Positions 14,100-29,540 are shown, counted from the stretch's first letter. The stretch is 64,000 nt of DNA from the human T2T-CHM13v2.0 reference genome, Homo sapiens (GCF_009914755.1 NC_060931.1), one strand, 5' to 3'. Numbers and translations: made by a program. Notes: generated by a model from the letters alone, not told the origin.

Positions 14100-14445
14100 A
14101 CGATCGCAGACTTTAGAAGTATATGTAAGTCGTAAAAAAGCTCAAACACACAAAAGTAGACACAATAACACCGTGAAACACATTACCTTAGCGGCCATCA
14201 ACTTTCTGCCGATCTCGTTTCACCCACCCCGCTGTTTTTTTATTGCAATTTTAACCACTCTTTTCTTTATGCCCTCAAAATGCATCCCAATGGAATCATT
14301 CTAATGGAGGCAACTGACTCCCGTCTAAAGTAGCCATAATTCTTTATAGTTTAAAGAGCAAGGAATTTGTGGACAATGTACTCTACTCATTAAATCTAAA
14401 AAGAATGCAAGTTTAAATTATGCATAAACAGAGGAGAAAAGAACC
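14100..14445 (+). repeat. Local duplication A, copy 2 (inside the LTR)
   Basis: Colinear with 12715-13057. Confidence 0.92.
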
Positions 14446-14753
14446 TCCACTAATCCTTCTCTGAGACATCTGAGCTTAGGGGTCTGAGCTTAGACCTTGC
14501 TTTGGCATATTACTTTTTCCTATGACTCACTATTCTTCATCAAACCTAGCATAAAAACACTCAGGTGTAATTGTTTCCTTGGGTCTTCATTTTCTTATGA
14601 AGGCTCTTGTGTTATGTAATATTTATATTAAATATACTTTTATGCTTTTCTTTTGTTAATCTGTCTTTTGTTACAGCTAAAAACTAAGAAGGATAGAAAG
14701 AAAAGATATTTTTCCTGCCCCACAGTGTCAATTTCAGTCTAGTGGAATGGTAC

Positions 14754-15119
14754 TGATATGATTTGGCTCTGTGTCCCCACCCAAATCTCATCTTGTAGCT
14801 CCCATAATCCCCACGTGTTGTGGGAGGGACCTGGTGAAAGATGATTGAATAATGGGGGCAGGTCTTTCCGGTGCTGTTCTTATGATAATAAATAGGTCTC
14901 ATGAGATCTGATGGTTTTAAAAACTGGAGTCGCCCTGCGCAAGCTCTCTCTTTGCCTGCTGCCATCCATATAAGATGTGACTTGCTCCTCCTTGCCTTCC
15001 ACCATGATTTGGAGGCCTCCCCAGCCACGTGGAACTGTAAATCCAATAAACCTCTTTCCTTTGTAAATTGCCCAGTCTCGGGTATGTCTTTATCAGCAGC
15101 ATGAAAACGGACTAATACA
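14754..15119 (+). mobile_element. THE1A/B MaLR solo LTR
   Basis: tgatatg...ggactaataca; perfect 5-bp TSD ggtac at 14749 and 15120. Confidence 0.95.
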
Positions 15120-15321
15120 GGTACAATTAAAATACTTACGTATACCATCACAGAATCATACTGAAAACTGCAAAACAAATCACCAAAAAAAAAAAAAATA
15201 GTAAAAGTGCATTTGCAAGGTAAACAGGTAAAATCATAGTGACATATTCTAGTGCATCATCAAAATGCTCAGTAATTGGCAAAATGGAATAAGTAATCTC
15301 TTTTTTTTCCCATTCACTAGC

Positions 15322-15760
15322 TGTATTAGCCAGGTTTTTTTTTTAATGCGATAATGTTGCATAACCAACAACCAAATTGCCGTGGCTTACAGCAACAAAT
15401 ATTTACTTCAAGCTTGTGGGTTGAAGTTTGGCTGCGGTTTAATGCATCTTAGTCGGGTTCTGCCGAGTTAGGTTGGATCCAGTTCTGTTCCCTGCATTTT
15501 TATTCCAAGATCCAACCTTAAGCAGCAACAACTGCCTGGGGCATACTTTTCTCATTATAAAGGGAAGAAGCTTAATAGGGCTGGTAGAAATGTGCTGACT
15601 TCTTCAGCCCTCAGCTAGGAATTGGCACACCATCACTTCTACTCTATTTCAATTATCAAGGCAAATTGCACGGTCAAATTCAAAGATGATCAGAGATGTA
15701 TACTCGGCTGAACTCTAGTGCAAGGAACTGATAAGTCATAGGAAAAGGGAATCCTCTCTC
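15322..15760 (-). mobile_element. Old MLT1 (J/K/L-like) LTR
   Basis: tgtattagccagg...cataaccaacaaccaaattgccgtggcttacagcaacaaatattt. Confidence 0.6.
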
Positions 15761-16220
15761 CTGAGGATGAGAGTTGGGAGCACTCATTCAACCTTCCACA
15801 ACCACCATGGAAGGAACCAATTTCTACCACCTCCCAACATGTGTGTCAATGTCTCAACACAATTTACAATCAATTCTGCTGCCTGTGGCCAGTTCTGCAA
15901 GACAAAGAATGCTCTCAAGTTTTCAGCAGTCTTATCCTTTAAAGTCTTTAGCATTGTTACCCGTGATTCTACCTACATACCATCAGTATAGAACAAGGCG
16001 CAGAATTTTCCTCTTCTCTAACAAAACACCAATGATTACTTTTATGAATCATGGCAAGGAGTAAACCAGGTAGCAAGCACATTAAAGAAAAAAAAAGTTC
16101 TGTTTAGGCTAAAATAAATTATTTGGGATGAAGACTGACCACCACTAAGTACTTTAATGGAAAGGATGGCTTTATAATTGAAAAGGGTGAAATGAAAGGG
16201 TTGGACTTCTTTAGTAGTTA

Positions 16221-16509
16221 ATTTTTTTTTTTTTAGATGGAGCATTGCTGGGGTGCAGTGGCGCGATCTTGGCTCACTACAACCTCCACCTCCTGAGTTC
16301 AAGCAATTGTCTTGCTTCAGCCTCCAAAGTAGCTGGGACTACAGGCATGCACTACCATGCCCAGCTAATTTTTTTTTTTTTGTATTTCTAGTAGAGACAG
16401 GGTTTCACCATGTTGGTCAGGCTGGTCTCAAACCCCTGACTTCAGATGCTCTGCCCACCTCAGCCTCCCAAAGTTCTGGGATTACAGGCATAAGCCACTG
16501 CACCTGGCC
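16221..16509 (-). mobile_element. Alu (AluS)
   Basis: TSD agttaatttt. Confidence 0.96.
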
Positions 16510-16622
16510 CCAGTTAATTTTCAAGATTAATAATTGTCTCTCTCTTTCTGGGATACTTGAGAGAAGCTGGAAAATTCTATGAGCTTGACACTCAAGGCAG
16601 CCATTCTATCTCATTACATTCA

Positions 16623-16863
16623 TTGGCTCACTGCAACCTCGGCCTCCTGGGTTCAAGCAATTCTCCTGCCTCAGCCTCCCAAGTAGCTGGGACTACAGGC
16701 ATGCACCGCCATGCCTAGCTATTTTTTTTTTTTTTGTATTTTTAGTAGAGACGGGATTTCACCATGTTGGTCAGGCTGGTCTCAAACTCCTAACCTCAAA
16801 TGATCTGCCTGCCTTGGCCTCCCAAAGTGCTGGGTTTACAGGCATGAGCCACCATGTCTGGCC
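16623..16863 (-). mobile_element. Partial Alu, tandem-duplicated copy of the previous Alu
   Basis: Lacks a tail; followed by the same flank ccagtta(a/g)ttttcaagattaataattgtc. Confidence 0.92.
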
Positions 16864-16900
16864 CCAGTTAGTTTTCAAGATTAATAATTGTCTCTCTCTT

Positions 16901-17205
<305 letters not shown>

Positions 17206-17406
17206 AATAATTGTCTGTCTCTTTCTAGGATACCTGAGAGAAGCTGGAAAATTCTATGAGGTTGACACTATAGGCAGCCATTCTATCTCATGTTACATTT
17301 ACTGATGCCCCATCAGAGAGAAGATACAGAGAAAGAAAGACAATGGGGGCCGGCTGGCATGACATTCCGTGTGCCCTCCCACTCATCCTGGGTAGTGTGC
17401 GTCACC

Positions 17407-18115
17407 CAAGGGCTCACAAACTCAGATGCTAGATCACTCACAGGAATGAGTGGGGCTGGCTGGGAGTCAAGAAAAGAATTGCATAGGTAGGAGTATTGAT
17501 GGCAGCTGACACCCAGACTCAGTGTCAGGGAGACTGCAGAGGGTAGTGGGGACCGAGACCATGTTGGACGCACAGGCCCATCATTAATTAGCTCTAGCTA
17601 ACTTTGCCAAGTGCAAACGGGAGCATGTGTTGCCCGATATAATTTTTCAGAAGAAGCCAGAAATCCAGACAAAAATCTCTTAATTTTTAAATATTGACAA
17701 GGATAATACATTCAATTACAAAGAGAAGGAAAAAGGAAGAAAGAAAAACAAAATGAATAAAAGAAGGAGGTAATGGAAAAATTAAAAAAGGAAGAAAGAA
17801 GGGAGGGGAAGAAAGAAGGAAGAAAGGAAAAGGGAGGGAGGGAGGGAAGAAGAGAGGAAGGAAGGAGGGGAAGAAGGAGGAAAGGAAGAAAGGGAAGAGG
17901 GAGGAAGGAGGAAAGGAAGGAAGAAAGGAAGCAAGCAAGCAGGAAGGAAGAAAGGAAGGAAGGAAAGGAGGGAGGGAGGAAGAAATGGGGAAAGAGAGGG
18001 AGGGAAGGGGGAGAGGAAGAAAGGGATGAAAGAAAGGAAGGAAGGAAGTAAGGAAGAGAGGGAGGGAGGGAGGGAGAAAGGAGAAAGGGAACAAATCGTT
18101 TTGCAGGTCTACCTG
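17407..18115 (+). mobile_element. MER102-like hAT-Charlie fossil interrupted by a polypurine tract
   Basis: caagggctcacaaactcagatgc...tgttgcccgatataatttttcagaagaagccagaaatccaga...ttttaaatattgacaa. Confidence 0.65.
17722..18090. repeat. Degenerate GA-rich (GGAA/GGGA) tract
   Basis: About 370 bp, nearly all purine. Confidence 0.95.
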
Positions 18116-18479
18116 GTGAGTGAGTCAAAAAAAGACCATTCTGAAACCAAGAACAACTCTAATGGCAAGTGAGTCCATGACCTCCGCATACAGATGATGC
18201 TTTTACCCCCAGAGAAAGCTGGAAACAGCAGGACACAGAGCAGGGGGTAGACAGGGTTTCTGCCAACCTCTCCTGACTCATGCCATCACACCATATCCTC
18301 ACTTTGTAAGAAGCAATATGAATCCCATAAATAGCAAATCCATATTCAGATATAAATTCATGAATGCATTTTTAAAGCATAGCATATGTGATTGAATAAT
18401 TATTCATTCCATTGAATTACCCATGCTATTACTCCCAGGAGTGTGGATCACAGAATTTAATATCAATATTTAATTTAAG

Positions 18480-18620
18480 ATCCATTCGTTAGCTCAATAA
18501 AAAGAATGAGTGTGTTTAATGGAATGTCCATTGTGGCCCAACACCATGCTGGGCACCGTGCCTAGACTGGAGAATTCACTGTAGATCTTCAAGGAGCTGC
18601 CCCCCAGTGGTGAAGTCAAT
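18480..18620 (-). mobile_element. L2 fragment
   Basis: caacaccatgctgggcacc...cttcaaggagctgc. Confidence 0.45.
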
Positions 18621-18642
18621 GAAGTTTAAAACAGTAACTGTG

Positions 18643-19690
<1,048 letters not shown>

Positions 19691-20197
19691 TATTATGTAG
19701 ATTTTATTAGGAGAAAAAATATCTATCATTATTGTGATGAATCAAACATGCTCCAAATGAGATACTTTCCATAAGCAGAAATACTCTTTATAATTCTAGA
19801 AACTTTGTTGTCCTTTCAGCTCTCACCTTGCCTGTGGGTGGAAGTAGTTATTAAATGTTTTGGTTTAAAAGAGAAAAAAATGAGACCTCCTTCTCTCAGG
19901 CTCAGCTGATATATAAACCGAGGTGGTGACAGCATTGGCACTGATTTTGCTGTGAGCTCATGGGGGCAGAGGTCACATCTATGTCACCTTTCATTGTATG
20001 ATGATGGATGACTGAAGGTCATAGGTAGAAGTAAATTCCACAGGGGAAACAGCCTGGTTTCTGTGAACCTCCCTCCAGCCCAGCTCTCAACTTGAGTGCA
20101 TCAGAGTATACCCTTGGGGCTTAACTAATGCAGATCCCTGGGAAGGGCATGATGAGCTGGTGGGATAAGGACAGTCAAGGAATGATATAAGCCAAGA

Positions 20198-20617
20198 AGA
20201 AGAAAATGTGGTACGTATATACCGTGGAATACTATGCAGCCTTAAAAAAAGAATGAGATTATGTCCTTTGCAGCAACATGGATGGAGTTGGAGGCCATTA
20301 TCCTAAGCAAACTAATGCAGAAACAGAATGCCACATACCGTATGTTCTAACTCACAAGTGGGATCTAAACGTCGAGTGCACAAGGATACAAAGAAGGGAA
20401 CAATACGAGACACTCGGACTTGGTTGAAGGTGGAGGGTGGGAGGAGACTGAAGACCAACCAAAAAAACTGTGTATCAGGTACCATGCTTATTACTTGGTA
20501 ACAAGACTAATCTGTACACCAAACCCCTATGACACATAATTTGTCTGTAAAACAAACCTGCACATGAACCCCTGAAACTGAAATCCAAGTTAAATTTAAA
20601 AATTAAAGTAAATAAAA
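20198..20617 (+). mobile_element. L1 3' end (old L1PA/L1PB-like)
   Basis: gaaaatgtggtac...gtcctttgcagcaacatggatggag...aacaaacctgcacatg. Confidence 0.92.
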
Positions 20618-21698
20618 GGAGCTTCTTAATTGCATAACAGCCTCACATCTTGAGGGGGTAAGTTGCATGCCTTTGGAAGGAATGCAAATGAGAGAGGCAG
20701 GCAGGCTGGGTTATTCTTAACAGTGATCAGCCACGTGTCTCTGAGGGATTTGCTTAATTTCCATATTCCTCAGTTTCCCCATTTACAATGATAATATTTA
20801 ATTGTCTGAAAGGTACTTAGAGATCCTTGCAAGAAAGGCACTCCATAAAAGCAAATGATTCTCCTTCTCCTTTGCGGGGGGTCTCTGCTCCTGGCATCCA
20901 GGCAGCTCCTGCTATAGATGCCTGAGACAGATGTGGCCTGAGAAAGCAGTAAAGAGGAGGATGTGGGGAGGCAAGGGGGCTGCTCAGGGAACAGAGAGAG
21001 CAGGACAGCAATTTGTGGGTGGCTGCTTAATTGAAAGCCCCTCCTGCTCAGAAGGCAAAGCTGGCAGAAAGCTCTGTTTAATATGAACAGAGGGTCCGGA
21101 AGAGTGAGAGGAGATAAGAAGCGAGTGGAAGCAGGGTCTGGAGAGGGGGAAGGTTTAGCAGAGAAGCAGGGTTGCCATCTGCCACCTCCCTGCTATCACC
21201 TGGCGGAGAAGGGCCCCCCCCAAGATGCACAGCCTGTCATGGTGGAGTCTGAGTCATCGCGGCAGCTGTGCTGCACCCTCCCCAGGGCCCCAGGACTTGT
21301 GTAACCTGCCATGGGAGGCCACGCCACAGGGTATGTTGTAGAGGTGAGGGTCAGTGGGCTGCAGGGCTGCCAAGGGCTGGCAGAGAGAGAGGAAAGCCTA
21401 TCTCCAAAGAGTATTTAGGTCAATGAACATGAAACTAACAGGAGTCAAGGGCTATAGGCTGAGCTGGATTCCAGACACAGACCCACACCTGCACACGCTT
21501 CCTGGCCCCTGTGCCTACTCAGCACAAACACATGTATATACACAGACCAGGAACACATGCATGCATGGAAATGCAGAAAGTGGTGTATTCCAAAAGGGGA
21601 GAGTAAAAGAATAGATATGCTTAATGATTTCCAAGGTATAGTGTTATTCAGCTGAAGAATTTTAAAAACAAAAAATTTTTTTTTGGATTGACATATAA

Positions 21699-21995
<297 letters not shown>

Positions 21996-22318
21996 GATGG
22001 AACTTTTCAAACCAACTCTCCATACCAGTGCACTTTGCACTTAATTGGAACTCAAAATTTATTGTATCGATACATAGTGTCAAAGAAAGAGGAAAGGAAG
22101 ACTGGAGCAAGGGAAGGAGAGAGAAGTCTGGCTTCCTTCAGAAAAGACTAGGTAAGGTGAGGACACTTCTGAAGGTCAAATTGCTCTTCCTTCATCTTGA
22201 CTAACCACGAAGAGGTAAGTCTTCTATAGAAATGTTTAAGAGGGAGAAGGGTGATGGGGTCCAGGATGGCTTATACATGATATTTTCTCCACGTCCTGCT
22301 ATATTCTAAAATGGTTGT

Positions 22319-22320
<2 letters not shown>

Positions 22321-22349
<29 letters not shown>
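22321..22349. repeat. (GTT)n microsatellite
   Basis: Read directly. Confidence 0.95.
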
Positions 22350-22465
22350 ATATTCTGTTTGGGTGGTGGGGAGAGTAGTAGAGTTAGAATCTTTTTTCCT
22401 GGCATTTGCTTTAAGTGGTGGCCAGGTGACCAGCTCCCTGGTGATGGAATCAAAATGGGTTTGCA

Positions 22466-22753
22466 GGCAGGGCGCAGTGGCTCACGCCTGTACTCCCAGT
22501 GCCTTGGGAGGCCAATGGGGAGATTTGTTTGAGGCCAGGAGTTTGAGATCAGCCTGGACAACATAGCAAGACTCTGTCTCTCTAAAAAATAAAAAAAAAT
22601 TAGCCAGTCATGGTGGCACATGCCTGTAGTCTCAGCTACTCAGGAGGCTGAGGTAGGAGGATCACTTGAACCCAGTAGGTCAAGGCTGCAGTGAGCTGTG
22701 ATTGTGTTACTGTACTCCAGCATGGGTAACAAAGAGACTCTATCTCTTAAAAA
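22466..22753 (+). mobile_element. Alu (AluJ)
   Basis: gtttgaggccaggagtttgag...ggtcaaggctgcagtgagctgtgat. Confidence 0.95.
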
Positions 22754-23055
22754 AGGGGTAGGGGAGGTTGCAGAGGAAGGAAGGTTGGGCCTGGGAGGTG
22801 GTGGAGGCCACAGAGGAAGCCTACACAGCTGGACCATAACTTGGGGATAGGAGTGTCTCCATCTGTCCAGGAGTTCTTGCCTGTCTTTATGCCTCTTCTA
22901 TTTTTCATTGCTTCGCTTTTGCTCTTCCTTAATATTTGGTCAGTTTCTTTGTTTACTTCTAACACTTCAGCCTTTCTCGTCCATGCTAAGGAAAACGAGA
23001 GAAAGTTGTTTGTGTCCCCACACACATATGCATGCTAATTTATTAAAAGAGATGT

Positions 23056-23326
23056 GGCCAGGCACGGTGGCTCACACCTGTAATCCCAGCACTTTGGGAG
23101 GCCGAGGTGGGTGGATCACGAGGTCAGGAGATCAAGACTATCCTGGCCAACATGGTGAAACCCTGTCTCTAATAAAAATACAAAAATCAACTTGACATAG
23201 CGGCACATGCTTGTAGTCCCAGCTACTTGGGAGGCTGAGGCAGGAGAATTGCTTGAACCCCGGAGGCAGAGGTTGCAGTGAGCCGAGACCACTGCACTCC
23301 AGTCTGGCGACAGAACTAGACTTCAA
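23056..23326 (+). mobile_element. Alu (AluS), tail absent
   Basis: ggccaggcacggtggctcac...ctggcgacagaactagacttc. Confidence 0.95.
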
Positions 23327-24045
23327 GATGAATCTTGGGGGACAGAGCTATATGCTGAGCTATTATTCCCTTTCTTGAGATTTTCCTTCAAGTGCTAAAG
23401 ACTTGAAGATGCTGGCTTTCTTTCAAATTAAAGAGGGCAATGCTTGTATAAGGAGTCGCTAAAAATAATAAGGTGTTTTCAAGGAGCCTCAAGGTAACAG
23501 GAGGCAAGATGAAGAAAATCGATCTCAAAGAGTCAACATTATTTCTAACTCAGCCCACCAGCACCAACTGCAAAGATATGAGTACAAGCCAGAAGGCATG
23601 CTCCTTCCAACAGCTGCAAAGCAGAGATGGTCATCAGGATGGGGAGGGCCACACAGCAGAGGCCCTTTGGCGAACATTACTTGGGACTAACAAGCACAGG
23701 AAAAAGTGGAGAACAATTTTGCAGGAGCCGAGAAGCCAAGTCTCAGCCAACAGTTTCCTTGTCCCCAGGGGGCATCTGTTTCCACAGCAACTACAACCTG
23801 GGGAGACTGCTGCCTTCAGACTGTCCCAGGAAAATATTTAGTCTGCACTATCAATTCTGGATGGCCAGAAAGAGCACTGAATACAAGATGCAAAACTCAC
23901 TGGGGCTTAGGGAGGTTGAACAAATTGGTTCTGTTGTTAGAGGCAGCTGTCAGCACCAAACCTGAACTCTTCCCCTGACTCCTGCTGATTCCTGCCAGCT
24001 TCTATCACCACTGAACCTGGTGCCTCATCCCAGCAACCTCCACCT

Positions 24046-25083
24046 GATGACAACAATGATGATGACAAAAGTAATAATGATCATGACAGCAATGACAAAG
24101 ATGATGATGACAGTAATGATGATGATGATCATGATGAAGATGATAATGAAGACAAAAGTGATGATTATAATGACAACAATGACAGGATAATGATGACAGT
24201 GATGATATGGTAATGATGAAGATGATAATGGTGACAATGATGATGATGATAGTAATGATGACAAAGATGATGACAATGATGAAGATGCTGACAATAATAA
24301 TAATGACAAAGATGATGATGACAAAAGTGATAATGTTGATGACAATAAAACAGGATGATGACAGTGATGATGATAGCAATGATGATAATGATGACAATGA
24401 TGATGATGATGACAATGATGATGATGTTGATGACAGTGATGATGACAAAGATGACAATGAAAAAGATGATGATGACTGTGATGATAATTATAACAATGAT
24501 GACAATGACAAAGATGATGACAATGATAATGATGATGATGATAATGATGACTGATGATGACAACAGCGACAATAATGATGCTAATGATGATGACAATACT
24601 GATCATGACAACAATGACAATGATAATCATGGGAATAGCGATGATAATGACAATAGTGACAATGATAATAATGATGACAACAGTGACAATGATGTTAACA
24701 ATGAGGGCAATGACAATGATGATGATGACAATGAAAATGATGATGATAATAATGATGACAAGGACAATTTTCTAATAGTGATGATGACAACAATGACCAT
24801 GATGACAGCAATGACAATGACAATGATGATAATGATGATGACAATGATGATGACAATGACAATGATGATAATGATGACAACAATGACAATGATGACAATG
24901 AGAATGATTATGACAATCATGATGATAATAATGATAATGACAATGATGATGACAATGACAATGAGTATAATGATAATTATGATGACAACAATGACAATGA
25001 TGACAATGACGATGATGGTGACAATGACAATGATGACAATGATGATGACAATGACAATGATGATGATGACAGTGATGAGGATG
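24046..25083. repeat. About 1-kb degenerate (GAT/GAC/AAT)n trinucleotide tract
   Basis: gatgatgacaatgacaatgat... throughout; low-complexity ORFs in many frames. Confidence 0.97.
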
Positions 25084-25094
25084 AAAGTACCAGT

Positions 25095-25300
25095 AATCAT
25101 GACAGAACTGGACATTGATTGCTAAGTGTTTCACATGCCTTTTCTTATTTTGCTTCACAAAAGTCCTTTGAAATTGATGCTATTCTTGACCCATTTTACT
25201 GATAGAGAAACAGAAGGTGAGAGATTAAGTAACCTATCCAGAGGCACAAAGCCAGCAAGAAGGACCTGATACCCAGCTTTGTGTAACATCAAAGCCATTT
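25095..25300 (-). mobile_element. MIR
   Basis: gctaagtgtttcacatg...cccattttactgatagagaaacagaaggtgagagattaagtaacct. Confidence 0.8.
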
Positions 25301-25496
25301 CTTTCAGGAACAGTGTAGCTTAAAAGATCAAATTCTGCAACAGACTGCCTTGATTCAATCCTAGTTCAACCCTTACCAGTCATGTGACCTGCACTTAATA
25401 TCTCTGTGCCTAAACATCATCATCTATAAAACAGGAATAGCAATAGTAGCTCTCCCAACTTGTTTTTTTGAGAATTAAGAGTTAATACATGTAAAA

Positions 25497-25956
<460 letters not shown>

Positions 25957-26391
25957 CTGTGAATCACTTGGAATGGTGCATGACAAGCAATAGATAAGTG
26001 ATCACTGTTACAAAGACTATTGTTATTTTAGCCTCCCCTAACCATATCCCTGGGCCAGACCACATGATGTTGCCTAAAGGGCTGTATCCTGGCAGCCATC
26101 TCACTTCCTGAGATCTGCTGCTGACAAGAACCTGGACGTTTGTATTTCTCTCCCTGATCTTCCTCTTCCCATCCTGCTTTCCCCTAGGGTGGACCCCTCT
26201 AATTACTGTTGGCCTTGGATGAACTGAAGTTGCTGATACTGCAAGGGATGGAAGAGACTCTGCCGGCCATCCTCTCTGGGTCTCTGGGTTCATTCTCCAT
26301 CCCCTGTGCAGTTCCATCCTGTTTGCACACTTGGACCATAATAGCTGTAAAAGCCTCAAAGGCAGAAATCCAGGAAAAATATCACATCTCA

Positions 26392-26660
<269 letters not shown>

Positions 26661-26661
26661 A

Positions 26662-26930
<269 letters not shown>

Positions 26931-27262
26931 TGCTCAGCCATGACTGTGCCAATCTCATAAATTAGCAATACAAAGATGGAAAGAAGCCCCTCTACAGACA
27001 CAATGCATGTGAAAGAAACAGATTCAGGCCACAATGTGGCGAATGGTTTACCCGTCTAGGTGCTGATTGCAAATAGAAAGAAATGTTGACAGGTTCCTTT
27101 CTTTGCTATACTGCTATACTGCCAGTAAGCTCAGAAAACACACATGCACACACACACATCAAATTCATTTACCTTTATAGTCAGCAAAACTTTTTTCCTT
27201 TCCTTTTTGGACGTACATTCTCTTTATATCTTTATTTTAATAACTTTAGTGTGGATTTACTC

Positions 27263-27588
<326 letters not shown>

Positions 27589-28895
27589 TGACACACTGAT
27601 CATTGATCCTTACATGCTATAGCATTCCCTTCTTTTTTGTTTGTTTCTATATTAATTAATTTATTTTCAACAATGTAATACGTATCTATGAGCGCACTTC
27701 CAAACCAAAAACTAGGTCCATGACAACTTATATAGTACATTTATTCTCTACTTCAAAACATCTGCAAGAATGTATAATTTTTTTCTGAGTAAAATTAACA
27801 AGCTGTTATTCTGAACATTTTTAAATTTTCAAAATACAGGATAGCATAAAGAGAAAAATATTAACTGTAACCCGTTCCCTCATTTTCACTCACTTAATCA
27901 TCAGCAGTTAATATTCTATTCTGGCATCTCTACATTTAAATATTTTTCTATAGTTTTAAGTTACAACATATGGAAATTTTCACATTCTAGTTTTCTTCTA
28001 TTGGTCATTAAACATGCTACTTAAATATTTCACTTAACATTATATTTTAAATTCCTTCTTATTTTTGACAATGAACATTATATACTGTATTTGGATAATA
28101 CCATAAATGATTTAGTATTTGACTTCTTGTTAGACATTTAAGCTGTGTTTTTGCAGGGGGAGGTGGGTAGGGGATATATGACAAATAACATTACCAAATA
28201 ATATTTTATATGTATCATTTCATTTTTCATTCAGTTTTCTGAATATATATGTGTTTCCAGTTTGTAAGGGAACGAATGTCAGAGTCAAAGAATATTCACA
28301 TTTTAAATTTGTTGTGGCACATTGCCAAATTGTTTTCCAGAAGGATCACACCAATTAGTACTGACCTTGGTAAGAAGAGTCTTCACTCTACTCTCACACT
28401 TTTTGGGCCCATCTCTGACTTTCCTGGGTCCATGACACTTCTTATGGGCCAAGATGACAGCCCACTGGGACCCCATGACCCCTGGCCTTCTAGGTCATGG
28501 TCCAAGTGCCTGGGGTCCAGGAAGTGCCTGCCTTGGGGTAGTATGGCCGCTTCCAGAGTTTCTTCATTTCTTTTCGGGGCCATCTTCTCAAGGACAGAGC
28601 TCAACTGCAATGTGCATACACCCTCTAGGCCTGTTGGTGGAGTTAGTGGACACTTCAAAAGATCTTGTGCAGTTGGGGTATCCACACCACATTCACAAAG
28701 CCCCTCATTGTGGCAGTGGATCTGGGGTTCAGAAGAGGAGCAGCAGCCCAGGAACCAGAAGCCTGGAGCCTGGGCTCTCTTTCTCCATACCATCAAGTTC
28801 TATCAGAGAATTCCTGGGAATCAAAGTTTTTATGGAGATGTATTTGTCCAGGTAGGAAGATTAAAAATATTTACGTTTGCTGGCTTTGTTTAAAA

Positions 28896-29025
28896 CTTTT
28901 TTGTTTAAAGAGATGGGATCTTGCTATGTTGCCCAGGCTGGTCTCAAACTTCTGACCTGAAGCCATCCTCCTGTCTTGTCCTCCCAAAGAGCTGGGATTA
29001 TAAGCATGAGCCACCACACCTGGCC
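28896..29025 (-). mobile_element. FLAM / Alu monomer
   Basis: agagatgggatcttgctatgttgcccaggctggtctc...cacacctggcc. Confidence 0.9.
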
Positions 29026-29070
29026 TCTTTAGAACTTTTAGATATTTAGACATATGGTATGAGGGCCTTG

Positions 29071-29120
29071 GGTTGTACTCTTGTCCTTGGCCCTGGGTTG
29101 TACTCTTGTCCTTGGCCCTG
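29071..29120. repeat. Exact 25-bp tandem duplication
   Basis: ggttgtactcttgtccttggccctg x2. Confidence 0.95.
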
Positions 29121-29281
29121 AGCTTGTTGTGGGAGGAACTGATACCCATTTCCATTGTCACCAACACCTTTGAGTGTGCCTGCTCACCAACATGATAGAT
29201 TATGATTATCCTTTGCTGATTTGGTGAGTGAAAAACTACCTCATGTTTGTTTCGATCTGCACTTTTAAAATATCTGGCCAA

Positions 29282-29540
29282 TTTTTTTTTTAAACAGGAT
29301 TTTGCTCTGTCACCTAGGCTGGAGTGCAGTGGCGTAATCATAGCTTACTGCAGCCTCCTGGGCTCAAGTGATCCTCCCATCTCAGCCTCCCAAGTAGCTG
29401 GGACTACAGGTACCTGCCACCACGCCGGGCTAACTGTATTTTGTAGAGATAAGGGTCTTAAACTCCTGGGCTCAAGTGATCCTCCTGCCTTGGCCTCCCA
29501 AAGTGCTGGAATTACAGGCATGAACCACCACACCTGGTCC
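29282..29540 (-). mobile_element. Alu (AluJ)
   Basis: ggctcaagtgatcctcc in both arms. Confidence 0.93.

Larger units (their letters stand above)
13730..14724 (+). mobile_element. MER34-group ERV1 LTR interrupted by insertions
   Basis: ctacccaaaaatgtgccactttggc...gaagcaggtcataaga, and 3' part cttcatcaaacctagcataaaaa...ttaatctgtcttttgtta...cctgccccaca. Confidence 0.75.

Noticed and set aside
15016-15028. PRDM9 hotspot motif in THE1 (also near 30370)
   Set aside because: The sequence is CCTCCCCAGCCAC, the consensus form, not the hotspot-associated CCTCCCT allele.
24005-25158. Long ORFs (up to 256 aa) rich in Met, Asp, His or Ile
   Set aside because: They are by-products of the trinucleotide tract, open in many frames, with no splice or promoter context.
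28249-28893. 214-aa ORF
   Set aside because: It begins in antisense L1 sequence, resembles no protein family I know, and overlaps ORFs in other frames.
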